From Candidatus Dadabacteria bacterium (GTDB taxonomy: Bacteria > Desulfobacterota_D > UBA1144 > Nemesobacterales > Nemesobacteraceae): a stretch of 64,000 nucleotides of DNA. The notes below the pieces were generated by a model. The model was not told where the DNA came from and did not search any database. It saw only the letters and a program-made list of their open reading frames with translations. Below, piece by piece: positions 9,837-19,292 of the stretch. The first letter of the stretch is position 1; the number at the start of each line of letters is the position of its first letter. The stretch covers positions 67,646-131,645 of the forward strand of contig JAJDTG010000015.1 of NCBI GenBank assembly GCA_022827275.1, given 5' to 3'. A program made the translations under genes and the position numbers.

Positions 9837-11488
9837 TATTTGGTTCCGATCGCTTTTAATATGTACCGCGGGAATTTCACGGTTCGCTTTGTGTTAAATA
9901 TTTTCAAAGCGCAGTCGGTCTTGTTCGCCTTCATAAATTTAAGTAGGGCCTCATCGGTTCTGTGAGATGTACCGAAAATTTTATTCAGCCTGCTTCTGCT
10001 ATTTTTTCTAAGCAGGTTAGGTTCTAGAGTGTTGTAGTTAAAATCTGGAGGGAGACCGCCATTCTTTGCTTCTCTCACTTTCTTATCAAAGTGAATCTTG
10101 ATGTTTTTCTTGCTGCTTCCTCCAAGGTACTTGGAGTACTTTTTTCTCACGGCCTCAATATCGCCATCGTTATCTGTAACCACTACGACATTCTTGCCTA
10201 TTTTTTCCGCTACTTCCAGAAACCTTAAGAATGAAGTGCCGACGGAGATAACGTCAATTCCGTCTTCAATGGGTAACCTGTCTTCATTATGAATCATATA
10301 GGCTTTCTGCACGATTAACTCATCGGAATCACCTTCTACTAAGATTGCTTTCTTGCACAAGATAAGCCGGAGGGTATCGTATCCAGCCAGCTTCGAGAAG
10401 AAATCTTTAGTATTTGAACCCAGTTCGTTTAGCCTTGTGCTCTTAGAGTCGTTTAAGAATATCAATTGATCCAGCCCCAGCTTGTTTGCGACAAAACTTG
10501 AATGCGTAGATACGATGAGTTGTTTTTCCTTAAGGTTGGCCGAAATTCTTTTTAAAAGTTCATTTAATTTCGAGTGAGACAAGTGATTCTCCGGTTCTTC
10601 GAGAAGAATAACGTTGGCCTCTTGAGATTTCTTGTGACTCATCGCAAGATTGGCTTTAACGATGCTCTGTTCTCCTCTTCCAACATAATGAAGCGGGATA
10701 TCGTCAAGATAAGTCATTAGGCTTGTTTCCCATGCATTCTGTGTGGAAAGATCAACTGATATTTTGATATCTTTGTCTGTAATATTCGCATTTTCTTTAA
10801 TTTTTTTGTTGATGGACTGCACGGATTTCTCATTCATAAAAGCTTCCTTCATCTTTCTGTGAGCCTGAGAAATTTCTACCCGTTCTCTGTCCTCCAAGTT
10901 TTCTCGGATAATCCTTGAAATATAAATATCCGAACCGTTCAGAACGCGCGCACGAGCGGAATCTATTAACGCTGACTTGATAGGGATGCTTCTACTAGTA
11001 ATTGTATCTCTGGCGAATGATCGCCAAGAGATTTTGTAGTACTCTATAGGTATGGTTTTGATGCCGCCCGTTTTAACCAGTTCCGCATATTCCGATTGAT
11101 ATTGGTCATCAAATTCAATTCGGAATGAGACACCACTGCCAGAGCTCTTTTCACTGTTGTTATTGCCCTTAAGTCGTGCAAGTGCCGGACAGTCTTCACC
11201 GGATAAGAACAACTCAATCGAAATATAAGGAGGTGTTTGAGGTGGGTCCGTCTCGAGGCTTTCGATATACTTTTTTTCTACCTCTTTATTGAAGAGATAC
11301 TGAGAAAGTTCATTTTTTAGGTACCTGCCATTCAGTACGCCTGAGAGAGCAAGATGTATAGCCTCAAGTATCGTGGATTTCCCTGCCTCATTATTCCCGA
11401 CGAGTATATTTATGCCCTCATTCAGTCCGAGAGAAAATTCGCCCTCGAAGCACTTAAAATTCTCAATTTTTACTTTGTCTATACGCAT
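9836..11488 (-). CDS. gajA: OLD-family ATP-dependent endonuclease, Gabija GajA-like
   Basis: ABC ATPase (GNNEAGKST, LLEEPENHL, STHS) plus TOPRIM (LVEGDSDE, TDNDGD). Confidence 0.85.
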   Translation of the reverse strand: MRIDKVKIENFKCFEGEFSLGLNEGINILVGNNEAGKSTILEAIHLALSGVLNGRYLKNELSQYLFNKEVEKKYIESLETDPPQTPPYISIELFLSGEDCPALARLKGNNNSEKSSGSGVSFRIEFDDQYQSEYAELVKTGGIKTIPIEYYKISWRSFARDTITSRSIPIKSALIDSARARVLNGSDIYISRIIRENLEDRERVEISQAHRKMKEAFMNEKSVQSINKKIKENANITDKDIKISVDLSTQNAWETSLMTYLDDIPLHYVGRGEQSIVKANLAMSHKKSQEANVILLEEPENHLSHSKLNELLKRISANLKEKQLIVSTHSSFVANKLGLDQLIFLNDSKSTRLNELGSNTKDFFSKLAGYDTLRLILCKKAILVEGDSDELIVQKAYMIHNEDRLPIEDGIDVISVGTSFLRFLEVAEKIGKNVVVVTDNDGDIEAVRKKYSKYLGGSSKKNIKIHFDKKVREAKNGGLPPDFNYNTLEPNLLRKNSRSRLNKIFGTSHRTDEALLKFMKANKTDCALKIFNTKRTVKFPRYILKAIGTK

Positions 11489-11752
11489 TCTGAACTCCGT
11501 AAAAGTTAAATAGTTGTATTATTTTACCCACAGTTTTTTGGAAGAGTCTGACAAACTTGCAGAATCCACCTGTATAAAGATTCTCCGACGGCTATTAATA
11601 TCTGGGATAGGTAGGGATAACTGTATAGCTTAGAAAATCATAAAGAGAGAAAAGAAACTCAACGGTTATGATCCAAAACCTATTAGACATTGTTATAACA
11701 AAGCGAGACAATACAATTCTTTACGGTTCGGGGCGCTAGAAGAGAGAACAGA

Positions 11753-12637
11753 ATGAGCTTATTTGAAACGGACAACTGGGAGTCGGAGAAGGTTTATCGT
11801 ACTGATTCCGGCGATATGGTTCGGAGCAAGCAGGAGAGGTTTGTTGCCAATCTTCTTACTTCAGAGGGTGTTTCCTTCGAATATGAAAGGGAACTGTCTA
11901 GCTGGGATGGTTCTTTCCGCTACCCGGACTTTACTCTCTTTATCAAAGGCGAACTGTATTACTGGGAACACTGGGGGATGGTTGATGATTACTCTTACCG
12001 ACAATACATTGCCAGGAAGATCAGGTGGTATCGTGAGCACGGCTACTATGACTACCTGATTCAGACATGGGGAGGGGGCGACAGAGACTTGAGGGGGCAG
12101 GTTCTGGCCGAGTTGCACAGGTTGAGGAAACCCAAACGCAGGAAAATCGGATACAAGCCTGTTTCCGATTCCCATGCTGGCTGGAAGACGGGACATGAAC
12201 GCCTGACGGAAAAGCTAGAGAAGACGGTTAGACATAAAATGTCTCGGTCCAGGGCTGCGAAGAAACCTAGGAACAGAAAGACACCGCAATCTCCCCGTGG
12301 CCAGCAACCCGAAACAGCCTATAGGCCTGAAGAAGAGGACTCTGTTGGATTTATTAATCAAGATAGCGGACAGAACACGCGGGGATGGGTCATACCCCTT
12401 GCCGTAATCTTAACGCTTTTTATTCTCGGCGCTTTTTTTAGTTCCATACAGGTGCCCGAGCCAGTCACCAAGTCGAAAGCACTGAAAGCTGTTTCGCAGA
12501 AGCCGGAACCGGAAAAAGAATTGGAAACAGTAAAAAAGCCTCATTCAACCACCCAGGAGATTAAGACTGGGGAACCGATAACGGAAAAGAAGGAAAAAGA
12601 AGAGATGTTTTATATGGGAATCAAGATATCTCAATGA
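11753..12637 (+). CDS. PD-(D/E)xK-like nuclease domain fused to a TM helix
   Basis: VRSKQE..VAN.L...FEYE...YPDFT...YWEHWGM, then a hydrophobic stretch WVIPLAVILTLFILGAFF and a K/E/P-rich tail. Confidence 0.7.
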   Translation: MSLFETDNWESEKVYRTDSGDMVRSKQERFVANLLTSEGVSFEYERELSSWDGSFRYPDFTLFIKGELYYWEHWGMVDDYSYRQYIARKIRWYREHGYYDYLIQTWGGGDRDLRGQVLAELHRLRKPKRRKIGYKPVSDSHAGWKTGHERLTEKLEKTVRHKMSRSRAAKKPRNRKTPQSPRGQQPETAYRPEEEDSVGFINQDSGQNTRGWVIPLAVILTLFILGAFFSSIQVPEPVTKSKALKAVSQKPEPEKELETVKKPHSTTQEIKTGEPITEKKEKEEMFYMGIKISQ

Positions 12638-12675
12638 AAAACTAAGTGTTCCCCTCTTTTTTTTACGGAATTTTT

Positions 12676-12698
12676 GGCTAGTTATGTGTATAATTCCC
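12676..12698 (-). repeat. IS1595 (ISNwi1-like) right terminal repeat
   Basis: ggctagttatgtgtataattccc is 19/23 identical to 20208-20230; its reverse complement begins GGGAATTAT. Confidence 0.7.
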
Positions 12699-12699
12699 C

Positions 12700-12895
12700 C
12701 TTCAGAAGGTAGGTGAATGAGGCTGTGGGAAGGCATAACGCAAGGCAGGAATCCACTATGGAAAACATCTCGAAGGTAGCCAGAGGCATGCTTGGTAAGA
12801 GACTTAGTTACAAGGAACTCACGAAAGAACTGTCACCTGAGAGTGAGTGGGTGATTTTGTTAGTCTGTAAAGATAATCATGGTATATTCATGTGA
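12700..12895 (+). pseudogene. C-terminal remnant of an IS1595-family transposase
   Basis: LQ/R*VNEAVGRHNARQESTMENISKVARGMLGKRLSYKEL resembles the HLQRYVNEF..RHN...GKRLxYxxL C-terminus of IS1595 transposases; carries a stop and a frameshift. Confidence 0.75.
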
Positions 12896-12907
12896 CATAG
12901 GTGAAAA

Positions 12908-13450
12908 ATGAAAATGCGATTGACAAAGATACTGGCTTTCTTTTTTCTAGGATTTCTTATTTCTGCAAGCGTGCAAGCGAACCAACTGGCAGCGGAGGAC
13001 GAAGAATTCATTGACACTTATATGAGACAGTTTCAGCTTTTTAACAATTGTGAACAGATTGGATTGAGTGTAGCCATTGAGAGACAATCCTCAAAGTTGA
13101 ATTTAACGGAGAAAGCAATAACTAACGCCGTAGAATCGAGACTGCGTTCTGCTCGTATTTTTACTGATAGCTACAATAATTTCTTAGATGTAGATGTAAC
13201 CATAGTGGGACCTGCATACAACATATATGTCGCATTTGTAAAATCTCTTGAGGACTACCGCTTGAGCGAACATCTTTCCTCTCCCCTTCCTATAGTTGGT
13301 TCAGCACACACATGGCGTATGGGGTCTACTGGTGTACACGCCGGACAAGAAGGCTTTATCTTATCACGACTTTCGCAAATAGTTGACGGGTTCCTAGTTG
13401 ACTATTTTAAGGCGAATCAGGAGAAATACTGTAGCAAGAAAGGGAACTAA
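12908..13450 (+). CDS. exported hypothetical protein
   Basis: Signal peptide ending ..SVQA; two Cys. Confidence 0.7.
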   Translation: MKMRLTKILAFFFLGFLISASVQANQLAAEDEEFIDTYMRQFQLFNNCEQIGLSVAIERQSSKLNLTEKAITNAVESRLRSARIFTDSYNNFLDVDVTIVGPAYNIYVAFVKSLEDYRLSEHLSSPLPIVGSAHTWRMGSTGVHAGQEGFILSRLSQIVDGFLVDYFKANQEKYCSKKGN

Positions 13451-13550
13451 CTGCACCTGTGTGGCTCTGACAACGTTTTACGAATAAAGAGAAAAATCAA
13501 AGTGGCTAGCCACATTCAATGTGCTATACTTTAGGTGTGGAGGTTGCCCT

Positions 13551-13778
13551 ATGCCAGACTCGGATGGAAAATTTACCCAAGCAGAATTTAATACATTGTC
13601 TCAGTGGCTAGCCAGTAATAATATAAAATGTGCTTCATGTGGCCATAGAGGTCTATCCATAGGGACTTATCAAGTACAGATAAATTGCTCTAAGCCTGGA
13701 TTAAGCTATCCGGGAATGCTCGTGGTATGTAGCAAGTGTTCATATTATAACATCTTTGGATTGGAGGGAAAATTATGA
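13551..13778 (+). CDS. small Zn-ribbon protein
   Basis: RBS ggagg before ATG 13551; CASCG...CSKC. Confidence 0.65.
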   Translation: MPDSDGKFTQAEFNTLSQWLASNNIKCASCGHRGLSIGTYQVQINCSKPGLSYPGMLVVCSKCSYYNIFGLEGKL

Positions 13779-14083
13779 CTGTTGGTACCTTTGAACCTCA
13801 AGAACACCAGCAAAATGGATTTTTTGAGCCTCAAGAAGACTGGAAAGCGAGTTCTCCCACATTGGAACAAATAATGACAGACATAAAGTATCGAGGCACT
13901 AAAGAAGATTTTGCTAACGTAAAAGCTGATTTTTATTTGAAGACTGCTGAAATACAGCAGGAACACCATCTCACCGTCAGATATGTAGTAACACTTGTTC
14001 TTCTTGCTATGGGAGTGGTGTTCGCTGTGTTTGCTTTGTTTGTTAAGTTTTTCCCGAATAACCCAACTCCTTTTTCTTATTAG
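13775..14083 (+). CDS. hypothetical protein with C-terminal TM helix
   Basis: ATGA overlap with the previous gene; hydrophobic C-terminus. Confidence 0.6.
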   Translation: MTVGTFEPQEHQQNGFFEPQEDWKASSPTLEQIMTDIKYRGTKEDFANVKADFYLKTAEIQQEHHLTVRYVVTLVLLAMGVVFAVFALFVKFFPNNPTPFSY

Positions 14084-14117
14084 TTCTTTCCAATCGGTAA
14101 AACAAAAAACTAGGGAG

Positions 14118-14140
14118 GGGCAACAATGTACATAATTCCC
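14118..14140 (-). repeat. IS1595 (ISNwi1-like) right terminal repeat
   Basis: gggcaacaatgtacataattccc (reverse complement gggaattatgtacattgttgccc). Confidence 0.65.
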
Positions 14141-14346
14141 AAGCTTTCTTTAAGCTAGGGCAACCTATCTCCGCAACCATGCGGATTTTCCGCTGAAACC
14201 CGAAAAGCGTAAGCTAGTGATTAGAAGGACTTATGAAACACGAAATTCCGCAAATTCCGTTATTTTTTCACACCCCGAAAAACCTCGTTTTTAAGCCGTT
14301 TTTTTTAACGAGTTGAAACTTTCGGCAATCGTTGAAAAATTGCACG

Positions 14347-14375
14347 TTTTGGTTAGTTGAGTATATGTCATCCCC
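14347..14375 (-). repeat. degenerate right terminal repeat copy
   Basis: ttttggttagttgagtatatgtcatcccc resembles ttttggctagttatgtgtataattccc at 12672-12698. Confidence 0.4.
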
Positions 14376-14425
14376 ACAGTGGTTAAGACATTTGAGTATG
14401 ACACAAATCTAGTTGCTATGGTTGT

Positions 14426-17400
14426 TCAGATTTCTTCATTGACTAAAAGTGCATAACGTACTTCTGGCATTGGGTCAGACTGTGAGGTCTCTATCCATTC
14501 ATTGAGCACTGGTTCTTTGAGACCTGCGTTTTTTAGAGCTACAGCAAGCCTCACACCCTTTTTACGAATCAGTCCGACATCAGAACGACGGGACATATCA
14601 CGCCAATTTTCATAGTTTGTCTCAGTGTCTAAGAGTTCAAGTGCATGGACAAGTTGATGTTGGTCTGGTGTCGAAACGATAGCCGAATCAACAAACAGAC
14701 GCACGAGGTTAAGAGCCGAGATCAGACCCGGTTCACGTCTCATTAAACAGATTGAAACTGTTTCATCAATAAGTTTTTTAGGAATTTTGGAGATGTTCTG
14801 TTGCTTCTTTAGTCTATAAAACCGGAAAACCGCCGCCAGTGCGGCTCTGACAATATCTGAATCTTGGCTGATCATCCCTTTTTGTATTGCTCTCGTTGCT
14901 TCTTCAGCCAAGCTCTCGTCAAGCCTCACAAGTTCCGGCAGGGCTGTCAGGAGCTCTGGAAAAGATCCGTCCGAAGCACGGTCTATAAAAGCACGAGTTT
15001 GTTCCTCTCCAATTTCGGACGGTTGAAGTGAAGGTAAAACGGTTGATGCCAGCGCATTAGCAATCAAATTAGGAATTTTTCTATCATTAAAGTCTTTGCG
15101 CCAAAATGTTGAATTGACACTTGTGGTTTGAGATTTCCAATCTAGGGCATGTTTCACAATATTCAGTGCATTCTCAGGGCTTATTCGGTAGGGTTTGTAC
15201 TGGCCTTTGAGTGAATACGATATTCCAACAATAGATAGCAAAAGATCTTCATTTAAAGAACCGTTTGCTAATTCTATAACGACTTCTCTGTCGAAAATCT
15301 CCCGAGATGCATCAGGGTTGGGGCTTGGTAATTGCAGGAAGACATAAAGTAAAAGATTAGTATTGGCTGGAAAATCGTTGTTTCCAGCATGTTTCCAGAT
15401 TGCCTTCCCGAAATCTCTGATCTCATTTTTTGTCAATTTATCGTGTGTAAAGAGTTTGAAGAGCCTGTAAGTTGCGTCTGGACGTGGTGAATTACTTGAG
15501 TTGTCAGAAACAGCGTTGATGAGGGAAGTCACCCGGGATGACCATTCGCGATTCCGTTTTCGTGCCTGCCATGCGTTATTATCTAGAGCGTTAAAAACAT
15601 TCATCCATATGAATTCTGATTCACTGATTTCCTTTTCACGGCTAAACGGTAATAGCAGAACATCAAGAGCAGCTTCCCCGTGCCTTTCAGGTTCTAATGC
15701 CTTCAAGCTCCGGAACAAGAGATTACTCACGCTTTTAAGTACCCATTTATCCTTCAAGTTTGGATCATGAGCTAACGAGACTCCAAAACGAAACAGGTCT
15801 AATGCCTTATCGCCTTGGAACCGCATGCTGAGGCGAGACAAAAGTTCGGTAAGAACGTGGATGCGTTCATTCCAAAACATGTTTTGTCCTGTTGAGCCAT
15901 CGTCATTAATTTTTAAGAGTCTGTTTTTTCCAAACACAATGGCGTTACGCAAGCTTTGGACAATTTCTGATATAATATTGCATTCTAGGCGAGCGACCGC
16001 AACACGGTTGAAATGATTTTCAATTGTTTTACGTTCCTCAGCTATTACGGCATGTACAGATGCCCAAATGCCTACAGGACTGTAGTCTTCATTTAAGACT
16101 TTTACTGCTCGGACCAATCGCCACCCGAAAATGTCCATTATGTCGAGTCTGAGCGGAATACCTATATATTCGGCCAAGCGGTTAAGGTCATTGTAGGGAG
16201 ATGTGACAGCGGGGTTAGAGAATGTATTATATGCTGGAACCATAACGGTACTGTAAGTGCCCGCATCAAACTGTGGATCTCGGTCAAGTAAATTATCATG
16301 ACGCGAATGGTCGGCATCTTTGATTTTTCCTTCAAGATACTGCAGTTCATCCCAAGGGTCGGTGTCGTTAGCTTTATACTCGGGAGGCCAGTCCACTCGT
16401 TCGTCAAATGGATATTCTTCCAACGCAAAACGTGCACTTTCTTTAAGCCATGATATCCAAGCTTCCCTCGAAAGGAGCCATAACGATCTTCGGTCCTTTG
16501 TTCTTTTTTGCTGAATTTCATGGTGAGCTTCGTAAATCAGCTTGGATGCTGCAGAGGCATCTCCAAGTTCAGCGATAAGAGCAGCTTTGCGCAGCAACCA
16601 AATCGGATCAGATCCGATAATATCTTTAGCATGTGTAGCTAAAAACTTGTAATCAAGTTCATCTTTGGCTCTAAGGCAGCGTTCGTAGAGAGCTTCTACT
16701 TTTGCTGCCGGATCGTCCAGCATGTCAAGAAACTGGATCCGCTGATCAAAAGTTACCCAATCCCGTCTATGGCGTGCAACGCGGATGATTGCCGTGCGGA
16801 GCAGGATCCGATGTTCCAAAGACAGCGAACTATCATCATTGGTTTTCACCATTTCGGACACTGTATTTTCTAGAAAATTTGGCAATGGCCAGAATGCAGT
16901 CTCGGATAACCAGACCGCTTCGTAGAGAGCAGAAGCTCTTGTAGATTTTGAGGCGTTGGTGAAAAGATCTGACTCAAAAAGTTCTCTGGACTCGCTGAGG
17001 TTGTTCCGTATAGTTGCTCTCAACGGCGGCGGTGTTACCAACCACCCGGGATGAGTTTCCCTGTCTCGCTTCCAGATTTTTATTATATGGGTTAATTGTG
17101 AGTCGGATTCAGGAACATTCTGATCGCTTCCTTTGTATGGAGTAGGGCTCCATTTTGCCTTTGAGGGTTTTCCCCGCTCCAGAAATTTTAGGAAGACCTC
17201 AATTGCGTAGCGATGATGATCTTCTGGATTAAGGTCGCTTGGTATTATAGGCGCAAGGTCAATTGGGGTAATATTGCGTCCTCTTAGGAAATGGCGTCTG
17301 GAGTCGGAAAGATTAAGAACACCGACTAACCTGATTGGTCTGGCCATAGTTCCGAGATGATCTCGAACCCACCCCGACCATTTGAGAAAGTTGGGGTCTT

Positions 17401-18064
17401 CGCCTGAGAATCCAAGCAAGCAGAGTTCATTCTCAAGCAGTACTTGCCGTACCAGATTAACAAACGGTGCGTATAGTGTTGGATAAGTGCGGAAATCTTC
17501 TTCAGTGAAGATAAGGGGACTGTGCGATGGCAAGCTACCATGAAGCTTGACAATCCGAGGGGACTTGGTGCGGGTAATATCGAGTGGAACACGCACAACA
17601 TCAAACGAAATGTCTGGATTGGATTCAGCGGACCTCTCCAAGAGGGTATCCCAGTTGGTTGTTAATACATCCATCCATGGTAAGGATAAAAGACGACGGT
17701 GAATTTCTGCTGGATTTCTTTCGGTGTCTCTTATTTTAGATCTGATTAAGTTCTCTAGGGCTGAATCGCCGAGTGCGGCACCATATTCTTCCGCAAGGGC
17801 TAGTGGATCGGATGGACCACCTTCTTTCGGATAGAGTAGTTCCTCTAGCATCGCCTTATGAAAATCGGGCCACAAAGGGGCAAGAGGTGTTGTATCGGCA
17901 ATTCGGTCCGCAAACCTGCTGAAGCCTGCACCAATCATCACAGCGGCACCGTAAATTTCTCCGATTCTCCAGAGTGCATTTCGAACCTGGCACAATGCCG
18001 GATAGTCAGGAAGCTGTTCTATTTCTATTTTTTCTATATCTGTCAAAAATCTTTTCCTTTCCAT
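14426..18064 (-). CDS. large SIR2-domain (NADase) defence protein
   Basis: VMIGAGFS, TTNWDTLLE, IVKLHGS, GFSGEDPNF, then a long helical C-terminal region; 1212 aa. Confidence 0.88.
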   Translation of the reverse strand: MERKRFLTDIEKIEIEQLPDYPALCQVRNALWRIGEIYGAAVMIGAGFSRFADRIADTTPLAPLWPDFHKAMLEELLYPKEGGPSDPLALAEEYGAALGDSALENLIRSKIRDTERNPAEIHRRLLSLPWMDVLTTNWDTLLERSAESNPDISFDVVRVPLDITRTKSPRIVKLHGSLPSHSPLIFTEEDFRTYPTLYAPFVNLVRQVLLENELCLLGFSGEDPNFLKWSGWVRDHLGTMARPIRLVGVLNLSDSRRHFLRGRNITPIDLAPIIPSDLNPEDHHRYAIEVFLKFLERGKPSKAKWSPTPYKGSDQNVPESDSQLTHIIKIWKRDRETHPGWLVTPPPLRATIRNNLSESRELFESDLFTNASKSTRASALYEAVWLSETAFWPLPNFLENTVSEMVKTNDDSSLSLEHRILLRTAIIRVARHRRDWVTFDQRIQFLDMLDDPAAKVEALYERCLRAKDELDYKFLATHAKDIIGSDPIWLLRKAALIAELGDASAASKLIYEAHHEIQQKRTKDRRSLWLLSREAWISWLKESARFALEEYPFDERVDWPPEYKANDTDPWDELQYLEGKIKDADHSRHDNLLDRDPQFDAGTYSTVMVPAYNTFSNPAVTSPYNDLNRLAEYIGIPLRLDIMDIFGWRLVRAVKVLNEDYSPVGIWASVHAVIAEERKTIENHFNRVAVARLECNIISEIVQSLRNAIVFGKNRLLKINDDGSTGQNMFWNERIHVLTELLSRLSMRFQGDKALDLFRFGVSLAHDPNLKDKWVLKSVSNLLFRSLKALEPERHGEAALDVLLLPFSREKEISESEFIWMNVFNALDNNAWQARKRNREWSSRVTSLINAVSDNSSNSPRPDATYRLFKLFTHDKLTKNEIRDFGKAIWKHAGNNDFPANTNLLLYVFLQLPSPNPDASREIFDREVVIELANGSLNEDLLLSIVGISYSLKGQYKPYRISPENALNIVKHALDWKSQTTSVNSTFWRKDFNDRKIPNLIANALASTVLPSLQPSEIGEEQTRAFIDRASDGSFPELLTALPELVRLDESLAEEATRAIQKGMISQDSDIVRAALAAVFRFYRLKKQQNISKIPKKLIDETVSICLMRREPGLISALNLVRLFVDSAIVSTPDQHQLVHALELLDTETNYENWRDMSRRSDVGLIRKKGVRLAVALKNAGLKEPVLNEWIETSQSDPMPEVRYALLVNEEI

Positions 18065-18078
18065 GATTTTTTCACAGT

Positions 18079-18100
18079 TGGAATTATATACAATCCTACC
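18079..18100 (+). repeat. IS1595-like left terminal repeat copy
   Basis: tggaattatatacaatcctacc faces the right end at 20208-20230. Confidence 0.5.
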
Positions 18101-18346
18101 AAATTTCTCCCTTGAAAATTAATGTCTTTTGTGCACATTATACAGTGTGAGGGAGGGTTTTGACCACAATATAAAGAGTATTTGACGGAGAATTGCAATT
18201 TCCTCGTCAGTCCTTCTTGTAGATATAAGGAAGAATCTTAGAATGCCTAAACCTAAAAAAGAAGTAATACAAGTTCTCCCGAGAGAATGCGTCTATTGCT
18301 CTCACCACAAACATTTTGTCCAGAACACAACATCTAATAATTCATA

Positions 18347-19279
18347 TTGTTTGGAGGAAAAACAATCTATATCAAAGGAGAGGTGTCGCTAGAGACGCGC
18401 CGAAACATCATTGATTGTCTGAGGATTGAACAGGTTCCTTGGAGTGGCACCCTGGAAGACATTGAGTTTTTGGAACGCCTCTACGATCTTGACTCGCTCC
18501 CATCTTATGATAGCCGTTTTGATAATGCTGCTAGTGATATATGGCAGCATCGGGTTAATAACCACGATTGGGATAACGACTGGGTATATGATGATTCTCG
18601 CTTCGACCTGTTAAATGGACCGACGGATACTTTTCTACGGTTCTTGTGTGAGGTTGTTCATCCCGTCGTACGCCCTGATCAAGATGAGTCTCGCCAACTG
18701 GTTCGGCACTTCAATGACCAGCTGCAACCTGAAGGTTGGCAAATTGTTGAAAAGGGGAAAATTGCTGGACGCCCATGCTTTGTCGCTCAGCGGATGCAAC
18801 CTGAAAGCAATCAGTTAATATCTCGTGCGCATTCGGTTGCTACAGCACTTGATGCAGATTGGATGAGGAACGAAGTTGAACGGTTACAAGAAGCTATAGA
18901 AGATGATCCTGCGCTTGCTATCGGCACAGCCAAAGATCTTGTCGAGACATGTTGCAAAAGCATATTGTCAGATCGGGGTGTGCAGATTCCTCGTAAAGCA
19001 AATTTGCCAAAACTCACCAAGCTTCTTGCAAAAGAACTGAAGCTGGTTCCTGAAGGTGTTTCCGATGAAGCTAAAGGTGCTGAGAGAATTCGTCTGATAT
19101 TGAGCAATTTATCTGCCCTGACGCAGTATCTAGCTGAGCTTCGTGGTTTATATGGTTCTGGTCACGGCCGCAAGGGAAAATATCGGGGATTGAAACCACG
19201 ACATGCTCGCCTTGCGGTTGGAGCGGCGGTGACTTTTATTGAATTTATTACAGAGACGCATTATCAGCGAGGTAACTAG
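18347..19279 (+). CDS. AbiJ-like abortive infection protein (AbiJ NTD3 plus Abi_C)
   Basis: FLERLYDLDSLPSYDSR..DIWQHRVNNHDW and AIGTAKDLVETCCK...LRGLYGSGHG; likely GTG start at 18383 after aaggag. Confidence 0.85.
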   Translation: MFGGKTIYIKGEVSLETRRNIIDCLRIEQVPWSGTLEDIEFLERLYDLDSLPSYDSRFDNAASDIWQHRVNNHDWDNDWVYDDSRFDLLNGPTDTFLRFLCEVVHPVVRPDQDESRQLVRHFNDQLQPEGWQIVEKGKIAGRPCFVAQRMQPESNQLISRAHSVATALDADWMRNEVERLQEAIEDDPALAIGTAKDLVETCCKSILSDRGVQIPRKANLPKLTKLLAKELKLVPEGVSDEAKGAERIRLILSNLSALTQYLAELRGLYGSGHGRKGKYRGLKPRHARLAVGAAVTFIEFITETHYQRGN

Positions 19280-19292
19280 AGCAGTTATTGAT

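Noticed and set aside
11614-11633. gggataactgtatagc as another left terminal repeat
   Set aside because: Too many mismatches to the consensus to support by eye.
14374-18078. cacagt on both sides of the SIR2 gene as a target-site duplication
   Set aside because: Only 6 bp and outside correctly oriented ends; likely chance.
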